Source of the DNA: a virus
Reading direction: 5' to 3' (one strand)
Virus record (IMG/VR): IMGVR_UViG_3300002835_000015
Coordinates: 32,001-96,000 of that record
DNA length: 64,000 nucleotides
Both the position numbers and the translations under genes were made by a program. Of this stretch, positions 41,088-50,607 are shown one piece after another. Position 1 is the stretch's first letter, and every line of letters starts with the position of its first letter. The notes under the pieces are model-generated. The model was not told the origin of the DNA. It was given only the letters and a program-made list of their open reading frames with translations, and did not search any database.

Positions 41088-42754
41088 GTCATCCCTCTAG
41101 CTTTCAGCATTTCGATTCTTTTGTTTTCCCAAAAATTTCTTCTTTGGCATAAATAAGCCATTTGATCATAAGCGGTATTAAAATCAAATGCATTTCTGCT
41201 ATTTTTTCCATCAAACATAGATGAATTTTCATTAAAATACATTCCACCAGTTGTGGATGTAGAACTTTGATATGTCAAATCTCTTATCATCCTTGATTCA
41301 AAGTATGAATTTAATCTTTCTGGTTCTCCTAGCACTTCCGCAATGAGCCATCTAGCAATATCTTTATGCGGTATGTTATTAGGTAATTTTTCTGGCTTTG
41401 GTTTTGGGGTAGATATCCTTGGTTGATTTTTCCAATTATCAAAATCTTCTGATATTTCTATACTATCAAAGAAACTTTCCCAAGCACTTCCGCTCTTATC
41501 CCACTGATAATGCTTTAGAAACGCTTGTCTGGTATCAAAACCTAGTCTTCTTCTTATACTGACAGGCTGTTCGAAAAACTCTTTAAACTTTTGAGCGGCT
41601 AATATATTGTCTGGAACCGCTCTAAAACATCCAGTTTCAAGTTCTTTGTATAAAGCTTTTGGAGTAAGTGGAGTTCCACCAAGATTTCTGACTACACTTT
41701 CCATAGCAGAATAATCTGTGGCCATTACTGGTACTCCACATGCGGCGGCTTCTACTTGTGGTAATCCAAAACCCTCACAATTAGCATACTGAACATATAG
41801 ATCAAACAAGTTTATGATCTTAGAAAGTTCTTCATATTCTACGCCGTGCTTTACGTTAGACAAAGATGAACCAAATTGACCAGTATATGGAGATTGTGTA
41901 ATAGCACCCTTAAATAAAGATGGGAAAGGTTTTCCAGTTTGTCCACATATATATGTAAAATATACTTTAGATGATAGCTGGTATTGCTGTAATAACTCTG
42001 GAATGTCCCAACCTAAGTCGGGGTAACTTGTATGACAATATAAATAATAATTACTGCTATCTTCTACGCTGTCTAATAAAAGTCTAAATGCTTGAAATAA
42101 ATCTGGATATAATTTTCTTCGCTGGTTTCTCATCACTGTTCCAATAATTTTAGCATCTGGATTAATTCCCATTGATGCTCTAAGTCCAGCCTTATCTTCT
42201 ATTGGTTGATAAGCACTGTGTGCAGACGGAGGAGAAATGCCAATATAGTTTATCTTACCGCCAGACTGTTGTTTCAATACCTCGCCAGCCCACTCAGAAT
42301 ATGTTAAACAGGCATCAGCGGATTCATATGTTGATACCCACTGCCTAGCCTGCGGTCTAGCATCTACTGTGGGCATAATGCACCATTTAAAATTTCTTCT
42401 AAAGGGCGACCGTTCAGCAAAATCAAGCATCCAAAAATCTCGTATATCGCATACAACGTCTGGTAAAAAGTCTAAACATACATGCTCAAACATTGTTTCT
42501 CCAAACTGAGCCATTGGATTTTGTGCGTATTGATCTTTTTCTTCTTGTGAGCAGGAATTGTCTGGAACAACTCCATAAAATTTCCAAGGTATATTTGATG
42601 CTCTTGGGTCGCTTCTTTCGCCATATGAAGCCATTTCCGCAATATCATACTTGCCAGTGCTGTATAAATAATTGAGTATTTCTCTTGTGTAAGTAGCATA
42701 ACCAGTATTTAAAAATGTTGCTTCACTGCAAAATAATATTCTGGGTTTTCTCAT
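41084..42754 (-). CDS. Glycosyltransferase GT4 (GT-B)
   Basis: TGYA, MRNQRRK, EGFGLPQVEAAACGVPV. Confidence 0.9.
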   Translation of the reverse strand: MRKPRILFCSEATFLNTGYATYTREILNYLYSTGKYDIAEMASYGERSDPRASNIPWKFYGVVPDNSCSQEEKDQYAQNPMAQFGETMFEHVCLDFLPDVVCDIRDFWMLDFAERSPFRRNFKWCIMPTVDARPQARQWVSTYESADACLTYSEWAGEVLKQQSGGKINYIGISPPSAHSAYQPIEDKAGLRASMGINPDAKIIGTVMRNQRRKLYPDLFQAFRLLLDSVEDSSNYYLYCHTSYPDLGWDIPELLQQYQLSSKVYFTYICGQTGKPFPSLFKGAITQSPYTGQFGSSLSNVKHGVEYEELSKIINLFDLYVQYANCEGFGLPQVEAAACGVPVMATDYSAMESVVRNLGGTPLTPKALYKELETGCFRAVPDNILAAQKFKEFFEQPVSIRRRLGFDTRQAFLKHYQWDKSGSAWESFFDSIEISEDFDNWKNQPRISTPKPKPEKLPNNIPHKDIARWLIAEVLGEPERLNSYFESRMIRDLTYQSSTSTTGGMYFNENSSMFDGKNSRNAFDFNTAYDQMAYLCQRRNFWENKRIEMLKARGMT

Positions 42755-43416
42755 ATAAAAAATCCTATTTCTTTATCTGTTCCGGGTGAATTTTTTCTGT
42801 AAGTTTCATATCTTGAGAAGGCTATGAGCCGGTTTTTATATACGCAGCACCACCTATTATTCATTGGAGTTTCTTGTCCTATACCTATAATTTTATCATT
42901 ATCAATATAGTCATTTGATATAACCTCATCTACTGAAAGGAAGTTTTTAATATTTTTATACATATCTCTAGTAGTAAAATAGAAGGCGTCATTTGATGAG
43001 GTCGGATTCATTATGTCTAATATGCAATTTTTAATGATTGGGTGATCTGATTCACAATATAAAAGAGCTTGAAATGTAGTATTCTGGCAAGCACCAGAAT
43101 TAATGCTGAAAAATTCTATGTTATCAGAAATATAACTTGATATTGGGGCAATATGTTCAATGTCTATATCGCAATAATAACCACCATACTTTAGTAGATA
43201 ACAATATCTAAAAAAATCACCTCTTGTGCATCCAAGATTTAGGCTATTAAAAAAGTCTACATACGATGAATCGTATTCTTTTGATAAGAATGAAACAATA
43301 TCATTATCTGTAAAAAAGAGTAAATTTTTATCTGAATTCAATCTTTTGATGTTATTGAATACATAGTTAGGAATATTATCATTTCTATATGTTAGTATGA
43401 TATTATTTGGTATCAT
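42751..43416 (-). CDS. DxD glycosyltransferase (GT32/OCH1-like)
   Basis: MIPN start, RGDFFRYCYLLKYGGYYCDID. Confidence 0.88.
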   Translation of the reverse strand: MIPNNIILTYRNDNIPNYVFNNIKRLNSDKNLLFFTDNDIVSFLSKEYDSSYVDFFNSLNLGCTRGDFFRYCYLLKYGGYYCDIDIEHIAPISSYISDNIEFFSINSGACQNTTFQALLYCESDHPIIKNCILDIMNPTSSNDAFYFTTRDMYKNIKNFLSVDEVISNDYIDNDKIIGIGQETPMNNRWCCVYKNRLIAFSRYETYRKNSPGTDKEIGFFI

Positions 43417-43728
43417 TCAGTCCTCAATGTCGCCATGGCAAAAATCAAATTCATTTACCCTAAATATTATTTCAGAACTATCCTTATCTGGATGTTTGGC
43501 AGAAGCACTAACCACTAATTTGGTTCCTTTTGTTGCATATTTTTCTATGGTTTCTGCACCAGTATGCCAAGCTTCACAATTTATATAAGTTGGAATTCTA
43601 TTTTTTTCCCCGCTTTTAGTTTTGCGGTAAGTATAGACTACCATAGTAAATTCTGCTAAAACTACATCATTCACAACAGAAACGTTGGGATTTTCTACTA
43701 AATATCCCGTAAAAGAACATATATTCAT
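43417..43728 (-). CDS. ssb: Single-stranded DNA-binding protein (short)
   Basis: MN...FTGYL..NP, YINCEAW..AE.I.KY..KG OB-fold pattern; AGGAG SD. Confidence 0.8.
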   Translation of the reverse strand: MNICSFTGYLVENPNVSVVNDVVLAEFTMVVYTYRKTKSGEKNRIPTYINCEAWHTGAETIEKYATKGTKLVVSASAKHPDKDSSEIIFRVNEFDFCHGDIED

Positions 43729-43779
43729 TCAAATCTCCTATCTTAATATATTAGCAACGACTGATCAAAAAAACAACCG

Positions 43780-45351
43780 TTAAATTTCATGAATCTTATC
43801 TACTATAAATGATGTATCTTTATCACTTACTGACCCACAGAAAATTAAGTTGTTTCCTTCATATAGAATATATTTATACTTTTCACGGGTCTTTGGAAAT
43901 ACTATAACACTGTCTAATATGCACGTATCATCCTCTATAGTCAAAAATGACATGACCTGACCCTTAGATTCGCCTTTATTGATGGTATAATCTGATAGTC
44001 TTTGAATGTTGGCAACTACGCACATATCCTTACCCTTCTTGCCATTGATTATTTCTTTGCAAGTTGTGTTAGCAGCAGAAGTGTCAGAAGTCTCAACCTT
44101 CGTCATTGTAACTGGACATCCTAGAAATTTGACCTCTTGATCTATAATCCAAGTTGGATCGTCTTCTAGATCATACGGTGGACTTACTAATAGTTGTATT
44201 TCATTTTCTATAGCCTGCTTCCTGTCAGCTTTGCTAGTTCCACCACCATCTTTTTTAGTCGGTGCTAAATCTCTCAAGCAATCCACAAAGGAACTCCACT
44301 TTTTATCACTATAATGATTTAATATCCAAGTCTGTTCTGCTTTGGTGAGAGTTCTATAAATTTCATAATCATAGAGAGCTTTGTTTCTAGTAACACTGCT
44401 CTTGAAATTTCTAAAGAATCCTATTGAGGCTAAAGCCTTGAATGCAGTAGAGCTAATATTTGATCCTATAAAAAGCAAGATTTCAAGCCAAGTAAATTCC
44501 TTTACTGGTTTACTCAAAGTCTTTTCAGCTTCATTTATAGTTTCTATTAACTTATCTCCGGTCGCACCCGTTAGTGACTTTACATCCTTAATACCAAAGT
44601 ATATCTTACCACGCTTAATATTGAACTTTCTTTCAAAGTTGGTTAAGCTTGGAGTTCTTGTCTCAATATCAAATAGTTTTGCCTCAGATATCAATTCATA
44701 AACTTCTTGATGAGGGTCTTGCTTTTCATTCGCGTAGAACAGGTAAGACAAAAAGAATTCCTTGGTGTTATGAGCCTTAAAGTATGCACTCCAATAAGAA
44801 CATACAGCATATGAAACACTGTGGGATTTATTAAATGCGTATCTTGATGATTTCTCAATCCATCCGAAAATTTCTTCTGCGTTCTCCTTACTTACAATTC
44901 CAACACGCTCTGCCCCCGCTATGAATGATTTTTTGACTTCATTCATGAGGTCAGCCTTTTTCTTTCCAATGGCCTTACGAAGAACGTCTGCCTCTTGTAA
45001 ATTGAAACCAGCGATTTTCTCTGCTATACGCATAGACTGCTCTTGATATACAAGAACTCCATATGTTGGCTTTAGAATCTCTTCAAGTGCTGGATGAAGA
45101 TATGTTACTTCTTCTCTACCGTGCTTACGGTCTACATAATGCTGGGTCATGCTTTTCCCATCAACAATTGCTTTCAAAGTTCCCGGCCTAATGATAGCAA
45201 TTAGTGCTGATAGTTCTTCAATATTATTTGGTGCAACTTTTTTAGACCATGATTTTCCAAGGTTACTTTCTAATTGAAAGATTCCCTTAGTCTTGCCTTC
45301 TGCGAACAGTTGCCAAGTTGTTTTATCATTATAGTCTAAATTATTTAACAT
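43780..45351 (-). CDS. dnaE: DNA polymerase III alpha, C-terminal half (fingers, HhH, OB)
   Basis: GIFQLES, RPG, TYGVLVYQEQ, YAFNKSHS. Likely start MLNNLD at 45351, overlapping the exonuclease stop. Confidence 0.9.
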   Translation of the reverse strand: MLNNLDYNDKTTWQLFAEGKTKGIFQLESNLGKSWSKKVAPNNIEELSALIAIIRPGTLKAIVDGKSMTQHYVDRKHGREEVTYLHPALEEILKPTYGVLVYQEQSMRIAEKIAGFNLQEADVLRKAIGKKKADLMNEVKKSFIAGAERVGIVSKENAEEIFGWIEKSSRYAFNKSHSVSYAVCSYWSAYFKAHNTKEFFLSYLFYANEKQDPHQEVYELISEAKLFDIETRTPSLTNFERKFNIKRGKIYFGIKDVKSLTGATGDKLIETINEAEKTLSKPVKEFTWLEILLFIGSNISSTAFKALASIGFFRNFKSSVTRNKALYDYEIYRTLTKAEQTWILNHYSDKKWSSFVDCLRDLAPTKKDGGGTSKADRKQAIENEIQLLVSPPYDLEDDPTWIIDQEVKFLGCPVTMTKVETSDTSAANTTCKEIINGKKGKDMCVVANIQRLSDYTINKGESKGQVMSFLTIEDDTCILDSVIVFPKTREKYKYILYEGNNLIFCGSVSDKDTSFIVDKIHEI

Positions 45352-46021
45352 ACAAATTTCCGTCAGCAAAAGCCTTATCAAAGTTCATGTTTTGGTATAC
45401 CGCACGATGAGTTTTCATAAGCTTAATAAATATATTTGCTTCATCTTTAACGTCCTGTAGAGCATCGTGAGCATTGTCAAAACTTAAGCCCATTCTCTCA
45501 CGCAAAGAATCCATGCTTATAGATCTAACACTGGGATCGCTTTCAGTCCAAGCAAATACACTATCCATGATATCTATCTTATAGACTCTACTGAATAGTT
45601 TTTGCTGCTCTCTCTCTTTGTCCCAAGGTCCAAAATCTCTACATAGTCTGTTTATTATGTGCATATCGAAGCCAATTATATTAAAACCAACAGGGATAGG
45701 ATTAAAAAATGGTTCACCCTTCCAGTTGTATTGATCAACAAATTTTGTAAATTTATTCCATACGGACTTTAAGGATGGTGCTAATTCTAATTGCTCCCTT
45801 GTCTTCTTTGTTATCTTTAGAGCTTCATCTTGTATGGGGTCAAATCCAGCCGCTATAGCTTTTTCATCATCAAAAATAGGCTTAATTTCACTGTTGAATT
45901 GCCCCTTCATCTGCAATGTTCTTCCATCTAAGGCAATAGCGGCGATTTGTGTTGGTTGAGTACGATGTGGATTGCGTGATCCTGTTTCAAAATCAAATAT
46001 AATATAGTCTCTATTAGCCAT
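45341..46021 (-). CDS. DEDDh 3'-5' exonuclease (DnaQ/epsilon-like)
   Basis: FDFETG, GFNIIGFD, HDALQD. Confidence 0.88.
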   Translation of the reverse strand: MANRDYIIFDFETGSRNPHRTQPTQIAAIALDGRTLQMKGQFNSEIKPIFDDEKAIAAGFDPIQDEALKITKKTREQLELAPSLKSVWNKFTKFVDQYNWKGEPFFNPIPVGFNIIGFDMHIINRLCRDFGPWDKEREQQKLFSRVYKIDIMDSVFAWTESDPSVRSISMDSLRERMGLSFDNAHDALQDVKDEANIFIKLMKTHRAVYQNMNFDKAFADGNLYVK

Positions 46022-47639
46022 TAGATACTCCTGTTAGTTCTTCAATCTTCATAATTTTATCTAGCAAATTGATTCCTAGAACGTCAAACTTTACGTGGCC
46101 CAGTGCCTCTAAGTCTGCCATTTCAAGTCCAGCCACCTTTTCTGACGAGCCTTTTTGTTTTACCATTGGGCATACCTTTTGAAGTGGCTCTGCTGAAATT
46201 ACCACACCGGCAGCGTGTTTGCCTTGAGTTTTAAATGTTCCCTCTATCTGAATAGCTTGTTCAAAATATTCAGCATACTCTCCCTCAAGTTTTCCATCTT
46301 CTGATATTCTACAGAAATCTCTTAGATCCTCAGAGTTATTAATCAAAGCCCACTTAATAATAGATCGATCTTCATCATCCATTTCTGCTAATTGATCTGA
46401 GATTCTTGCTTCGTCTGGTATACAGTTACTTATAGCATTCATTTCAGAGAATGAGCAAGCCTCATTAACACGTAAAACTTCCTTAATAGCACTCTTTCCT
46501 TGAAGTCTTCCAAACGTTAACATTTGGCTAACTCGACTATTCCCATACTTATCTTTTAGATATGCAATAATTTCATCACGCTTAGTACCGGGAACGTCTA
46601 TATCAATATCTGGTAGAGATATATGATCAGCACTGTTTCTTCCAGCGTTATAAAATCGTGCAAATAGAAGGTCAAACTCTATTGGGTCAATCTTCGTTAT
46701 GCCAATTAAATATGAGATTAAACATCCTGCGGCAGATCCTCTACCGGGACCAGATAGCCAACCCATATCATTAACGTGCTTTATAATATCACGAACAATA
46801 AGAAAATATCCGAATAGATTAGCATCTTTAATAACATCAAACTCTTCCTTGAATCTACTCAAATACTTCTGCTTATCTTCTTCGTTTGATACCTTGTTTT
46901 GATCTATTAATATTTTCTTCCAGCCAATACGACATAGTTCCTTGAGATAATCTTCTTCTGATGCCCCTTTTGGACATTCAAATTTAGGCAACATTGGCTT
47001 GCTGAGAATATCGTAGTCTTCACACTGGTCATAAATCTCTTTTAGTTTAGATGAGTCTAAGCCCTTAGATTCGTCTTTGTCTTTAACGTAGAAAGAGTCT
47101 TGCATAAAATATACCAATTTATCCATATGCTCTTGGGGATATTTTGAGTCTACATTTATACCACCGCTGTTGTCTGGCCTAATGCATTTCTTTATTTTTG
47201 GTAGCGTAGTCTTCATATCAGAACATAATAATATTCTGTGAAGTTTGGCATCTTCCCTATTTGTATAATAACTAATAGGCATTGATTCAGTAGGAGCATT
47301 ATAGACACTAATCAAATTTTTACTGATATTTGTGTTGTCATATTGCTCTGGTAATTTACCATTTTCATCTAGTGATGAAACCATCTCAATTAACTCGTAC
47401 CACCCATCTTTATTCTTAGCAAAAAGTGTAGCAAAATCAAATGAGCATCCAATGATGGGCTTTATACCCTGTTTTTTGCAGGCTTTATAAAAAGCAACTG
47501 CACCAGATAATGTTTTATAATCACAAATACCACATGCTGGATATCCATTATACTTACATTTTTTAGCCAATTCTTCTGGCTTTGAATAACCTTTGAGCAA
47601 ACTGTAATGGGTATAATTCTTCAACGGGAACCAGTTCAT
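46014..47639 (-). CDS. dnaE: DNA polymerase III alpha, N-terminal half (degenerate PHP + palm)
   Basis: THYSLL, GPGRGSAAG, LPDIDID, GKHAAGVVI, KFDVLG. Confidence 0.92.
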   Translation of the reverse strand: MNWFPLKNYTHYSLLKGYSKPEELAKKCKYNGYPACGICDYKTLSGAVAFYKACKKQGIKPIIGCSFDFATLFAKNKDGWYELIEMVSSLDENGKLPEQYDNTNISKNLISVYNAPTESMPISYYTNREDAKLHRILLCSDMKTTLPKIKKCIRPDNSGGINVDSKYPQEHMDKLVYFMQDSFYVKDKDESKGLDSSKLKEIYDQCEDYDILSKPMLPKFECPKGASEEDYLKELCRIGWKKILIDQNKVSNEEDKQKYLSRFKEEFDVIKDANLFGYFLIVRDIIKHVNDMGWLSGPGRGSAAGCLISYLIGITKIDPIEFDLLFARFYNAGRNSADHISLPDIDIDVPGTKRDEIIAYLKDKYGNSRVSQMLTFGRLQGKSAIKEVLRVNEACSFSEMNAISNCIPDEARISDQLAEMDDEDRSIIKWALINNSEDLRDFCRISEDGKLEGEYAEYFEQAIQIEGTFKTQGKHAAGVVISAEPLQKVCPMVKQKGSSEKVAGLEMADLEALGHVKFDVLGINLLDKIMKIEELTGVSNG

Positions 47640-47675
47640 ATATTTCCTTATTCAAAATCAAGAGATCAACAACTT

Positions 47676-47704
47676 ATTATACCGCCTTGGGGGCCATAAG
47701 TCAA
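47676..47704 (-). promoter_or_regulatory. Sigma70-type promoter for dnaE-N
   Basis: Minus strand TTGACT-N17-TATAAT, 36 nt upstream of ATG 47639 (AAGGA SD). Confidence 0.75.
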
Positions 47705-47714
47705 TATGACCCCC
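47689..47714. repeat. 10-bp inverted repeat with the -35 hexamer as its spacer
   Basis: GGGGGCCATA-AGTCAA-TATGACCCCC (1 mismatch, G-U in minus-strand RNA). Confidence 0.75.
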
Positions 47715-47727
47715 ATTCAAAATTTAA

Positions 47728-48714
47728 TTACCAACTCTTACACGCCCAATATCGACTTTTCCACTTTGGACCCGGATTATCACAATTGTGTCTAGCTCTG
47801 AAACTCTTACGTCTTTCTGGAATGTTTTTCTTAATTGTCATATTTGGATCGCCAAATCTAACAATAACAACATTTCCACTCTCATTTTTGACGTATACTG
47901 CAAACTTTTTAGGACCATTAGAAGTTCTAAATGGTTTATTAAGAGTAACTTTTCTTCCTTGGTACTCGCTGCCTTCACCCATATACATTAAGACTCTGCC
48001 ATCTTTTTCGTAATAGCCTTTGCGTCTGTATGTATAAACTTCTCCAGTTTTTGTATCTTGATATTCATATGAACCTTCTGTTTCTTCTTCATCGTCGCCG
48101 GTATATTCATCTTCGTATTTCCCCGGTTCATAGTATTTAACGAAATCATATACATTTTGTATATAGATTTCTGCTTTGGAAATCATATCCTTAGTCCAAT
48201 CTTGGAATTCTACTGACAACTGCATAACTTTTAATTTTGTGACTATTTCCATAAGCTGATCGTGCATTTTTTGTATTTGCTCAAGAGCCATTTCATCACC
48301 ACCATCAGATTGAGCTTTTTTCCAAGCTTCTGGATCTGGACGATCTTTGTCGCCCCTTTTTGCTGGCTTGTAGTTTTTACCTTCACGTTCTTTTTTCTTA
48401 CGTATATTTTCCCATAAGCCGGGTTTTTCTGCTGCAATATCATACTCTTCTACTTCTTCGCCAAAGTCTTCATACTCTGCTTGAGTTGGGATATAAAAAT
48501 TTTCTTCTGTGATTTCTTCTTCGTATCCATAATTTTCCATTTGCAATTTAAAATCAGCCGCTTCTACGCACCCACAATCTGCGGTAGCTTGACCAATACA
48601 AATTGCCACTCTTTGAGAATTATCTGGATATTCTTTTTTCATAACTTCGCTACCCATGCATCGTGCTACGAACTTATCTTTGTCTTCATCTTTATTTCTT
48701 TTAGGAAGTGGCAT
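47728..48714 (-). CDS. Multi-module hypothetical protein (possible internal head polyprotein)
   Basis: Short modules separated by acidic linkers; C-terminal EYQGRKVTLNKPF...FRARHNC...YWAC module recalled from large myophage proteins. Likely start MPLPKR. Confidence 0.55.
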   Translation of the reverse strand: MPLPKRNKDEDKDKFVARCMGSEVMKKEYPDNSQRVAICIGQATADCGCVEAADFKLQMENYGYEEEITEENFYIPTQAEYEDFGEEVEEYDIAAEKPGLWENIRKKKEREGKNYKPAKRGDKDRPDPEAWKKAQSDGGDEMALEQIQKMHDQLMEIVTKLKVMQLSVEFQDWTKDMISKAEIYIQNVYDFVKYYEPGKYEDEYTGDDEEETEGSYEYQDTKTGEVYTYRRKGYYEKDGRVLMYMGEGSEYQGRKVTLNKPFRTSNGPKKFAVYVKNESGNVVIVRFGDPNMTIKKNIPERRKSFRARHNCDNPGPKWKSRYWACKSW

Positions 48715-49573
48715 AATTGTCTCCAAGTATTAGTTTTTTAGCGTCGTTAAAAATGTTATCTAAGCTTTCTCTGGGTATTCTATTTCTAAAATAGTTGTAA
48801 GCACCCAACACCATTATGTCATTTGGATCTTTAGTTATTTCTAGCCATCCAACGAAATAATTCCAAACCCTGTCCTCTAAGACTAGTCTATATTTAACAC
48901 CTTCTGGTCTACCAAATCTATGTAACCATCCTAGTTGTGGTAAGCATATTGCCCGTCCACCATTTCTTCTAAATTTTTCGTGTATATATCCTTCTTCTCC
49001 ACCAAATCCTTTGAAGTGCTTATTAAAGCCTAGCCAGTTTTTTGTCTCGCATGAAAAAAGTCCAAGCCCCATCATTGGTATATCAAAAGGTTCTCCCTTT
49101 TCGTAAGCTTCTGTATTTGTCCCCCATGTTCCAAACATATCTCCACGCCAAGCGGGATCAAATTGAGTTGAATAACTAACTTGATCGTCATATATCATTG
49201 GTCCTTGTATTATATCTTTGCAGTCTGGATTACTTTCATAGTATTTTAATAGCGATTCTATTGCACCGGGCTTGATTAAAACGTGGCAGTCAATAGATAT
49301 TGCATATTTACCAGACGAGTTAGAAAATATTTCATTTCTTACTGCTGTACTAGCCTTTTCTTCATATGGTATATATTTTACGTGATTTCTAAGCCACCCA
49401 GATACGTCTTTAACAGCCTGCCCGTGCTTTCCTGTTGGATTATTGTCTATAATTATTATCTCATAGTCAATATTTTTTAGTATCTCTTGGTACATTACTA
49501 ACGATTGAGTGGTAAAATACACTCCATCAAAATCGTCATATGTAGCCATTCCTATTGTAAGTAATTTACTCAT
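48701..49573 (-). CDS. Glycosyltransferase GT2
   Basis: LTIGMATY, IIIIDN, ISIDCH, GFGGEE; likely start MSKLL with AAGGA SD. Confidence 0.85.
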   Translation of the reverse strand: MSKLLTIGMATYDDFDGVYFTTQSLVMYQEILKNIDYEIIIIDNNPTGKHGQAVKDVSGWLRNHVKYIPYEEKASTAVRNEIFSNSSGKYAISIDCHVLIKPGAIESLLKYYESNPDCKDIIQGPMIYDDQVSYSTQFDPAWRGDMFGTWGTNTEAYEKGEPFDIPMMGLGLFSCETKNWLGFNKHFKGFGGEEGYIHEKFRRNGGRAICLPQLGWLHRFGRPEGVKYRLVLEDRVWNYFVGWLEITKDPNDIMVLGAYNYFRNRIPRESLDNIFNDAKKLILGDNYATS

Positions 49574-49584
49574 ATTTCCTTTTC

Positions 49585-50607
49585 TCAACCGGGAGCAGAA
49601 TAGAATCCAATATCAAATCCTGACCTTGTACAATCCTTTATGGTTTGTTCCATACCATTAGTTTTTATGCTATTCTCTATATATATACACATGTTCTGGT
49701 CGGTTTCGGGCCACTTGTTTTTGCAATAATGGCACAATTTAGTGCATTTCCAGTTCTCTCTATTGGGCGAAATTGGCTGTGGTTTTTCATTCTTTTTGAT
49801 GTCTAGAAACCTTTCCTTTAGCATCTCCAAGAACCTTTTTTCATCAGCTTTATCAAAACACATCGAAAATGGACCACCATCCTTAATAAAAAAGATACTC
49901 ATTATTGACTGCTTGTACTGGGGGAAGAGCTTAGAAATTGCATAATTATATAGCAATAACTGAGGATCTGAACATAGCTTACCATATGTCTTTTCCTCGC
50001 CGGTTGCCCAATCTAGCCTACGACCTGTCTTCCAATCTATTACTTCAATAATACCTTCTTCTGTTTCTGTTACTAAGTCAATAGTACCCTTAATAGCAAG
50101 CTGCCCTTTTATCTTTTGACCATTTACTTCATACTCATAGAAAGCCCAATCTTCATCGATTGGTATATCAAAGTGAGGCTCTGCCGCCACTATTTTCCTT
50201 AGTCTTGGATCAAACTGACCATTGTTATATCTAACAGCGTCAAAACACATTTTTAAACAATCTTCTCTATCTTTTTTGGTAAATTTATTATGAGAAGATC
50301 TATTAGAATAATAATCAAAACTAAGATTTAAAAGTTTATCTATTATCTTATCTGTCAAAAATTCATTTTTATCAATGATAATAGACCCTAAAGCATCATC
50401 TTGAAATTGTATTTTTTTGATCTTTAGATTTTGTTGAATTTTTTCTTTGGTTTTAGCTAATATTTCCATAACCTTGTGGACAATAGTACCCATATCTGCA
50501 CGTTTACCAGACGGTTGATTAAATCCTAAGTTATAAGTAATAAAATAACTCATTTGACAATATTCATATTGGTTATATGAAGAACTTCTAATATAAGTAC
50601 ATAACAT
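49585..50607 (-). CDS. RecB-family/Cas4-like PD-(D/E)XK exonuclease
   Basis: N-terminal Cys, GTIVH, GTIDLV, VIDWKTG, QLLLY, C-terminal CTKLCHYC. Confidence 0.85.
   Translation of the reverse strand: MLCTYIRSSSYNQYEYCQMSYFITYNLGFNQPSGKRADMGTIVHKVMEILAKTKEKIQQNLKIKKIQFQDDALGSIIIDKNEFLTDKIIDKLLNLSFDYYSNRSSHNKFTKKDREDCLKMCFDAVRYNNGQFDPRLRKIVAAEPHFDIPIDEDWAFYEYEVNGQKIKGQLAIKGTIDLVTETEEGIIEVIDWKTGRRLDWATGEEKTYGKLCSDPQLLLYNYAISKLFPQYKQSIMSIFFIKDGGPFSMCFDKADEKRFLEMLKERFLDIKKNEKPQPISPNRENWKCTKLCHYCKNKWPETDQNMCIYIENSIKTNGMEQTIKDCTRSGFDIGFYSAPG

Noticed and set aside
43746-43774. Promoter upstream of ssb (TTGTTT-N17-TAATAT on the minus strand)
   Set aside because: Weak consensus match in AT-rich DNA; not distinguishable from chance.
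43780-47639. Split intein in DnaE
   Set aside because: No Cys/Ser-initiated intein N-fragment after the palm and no His-Asn/Cys junction before dnaE-C; the intervening ORF is a DEDDh exonuclease.
49585-50607. CRISPR-Cas locus suggested by the Cas4-like gene
   Set aside because: No repeat-spacer array or other cas genes seen; solo Cas4/RecB-like nucleases are common in phage replication modules.
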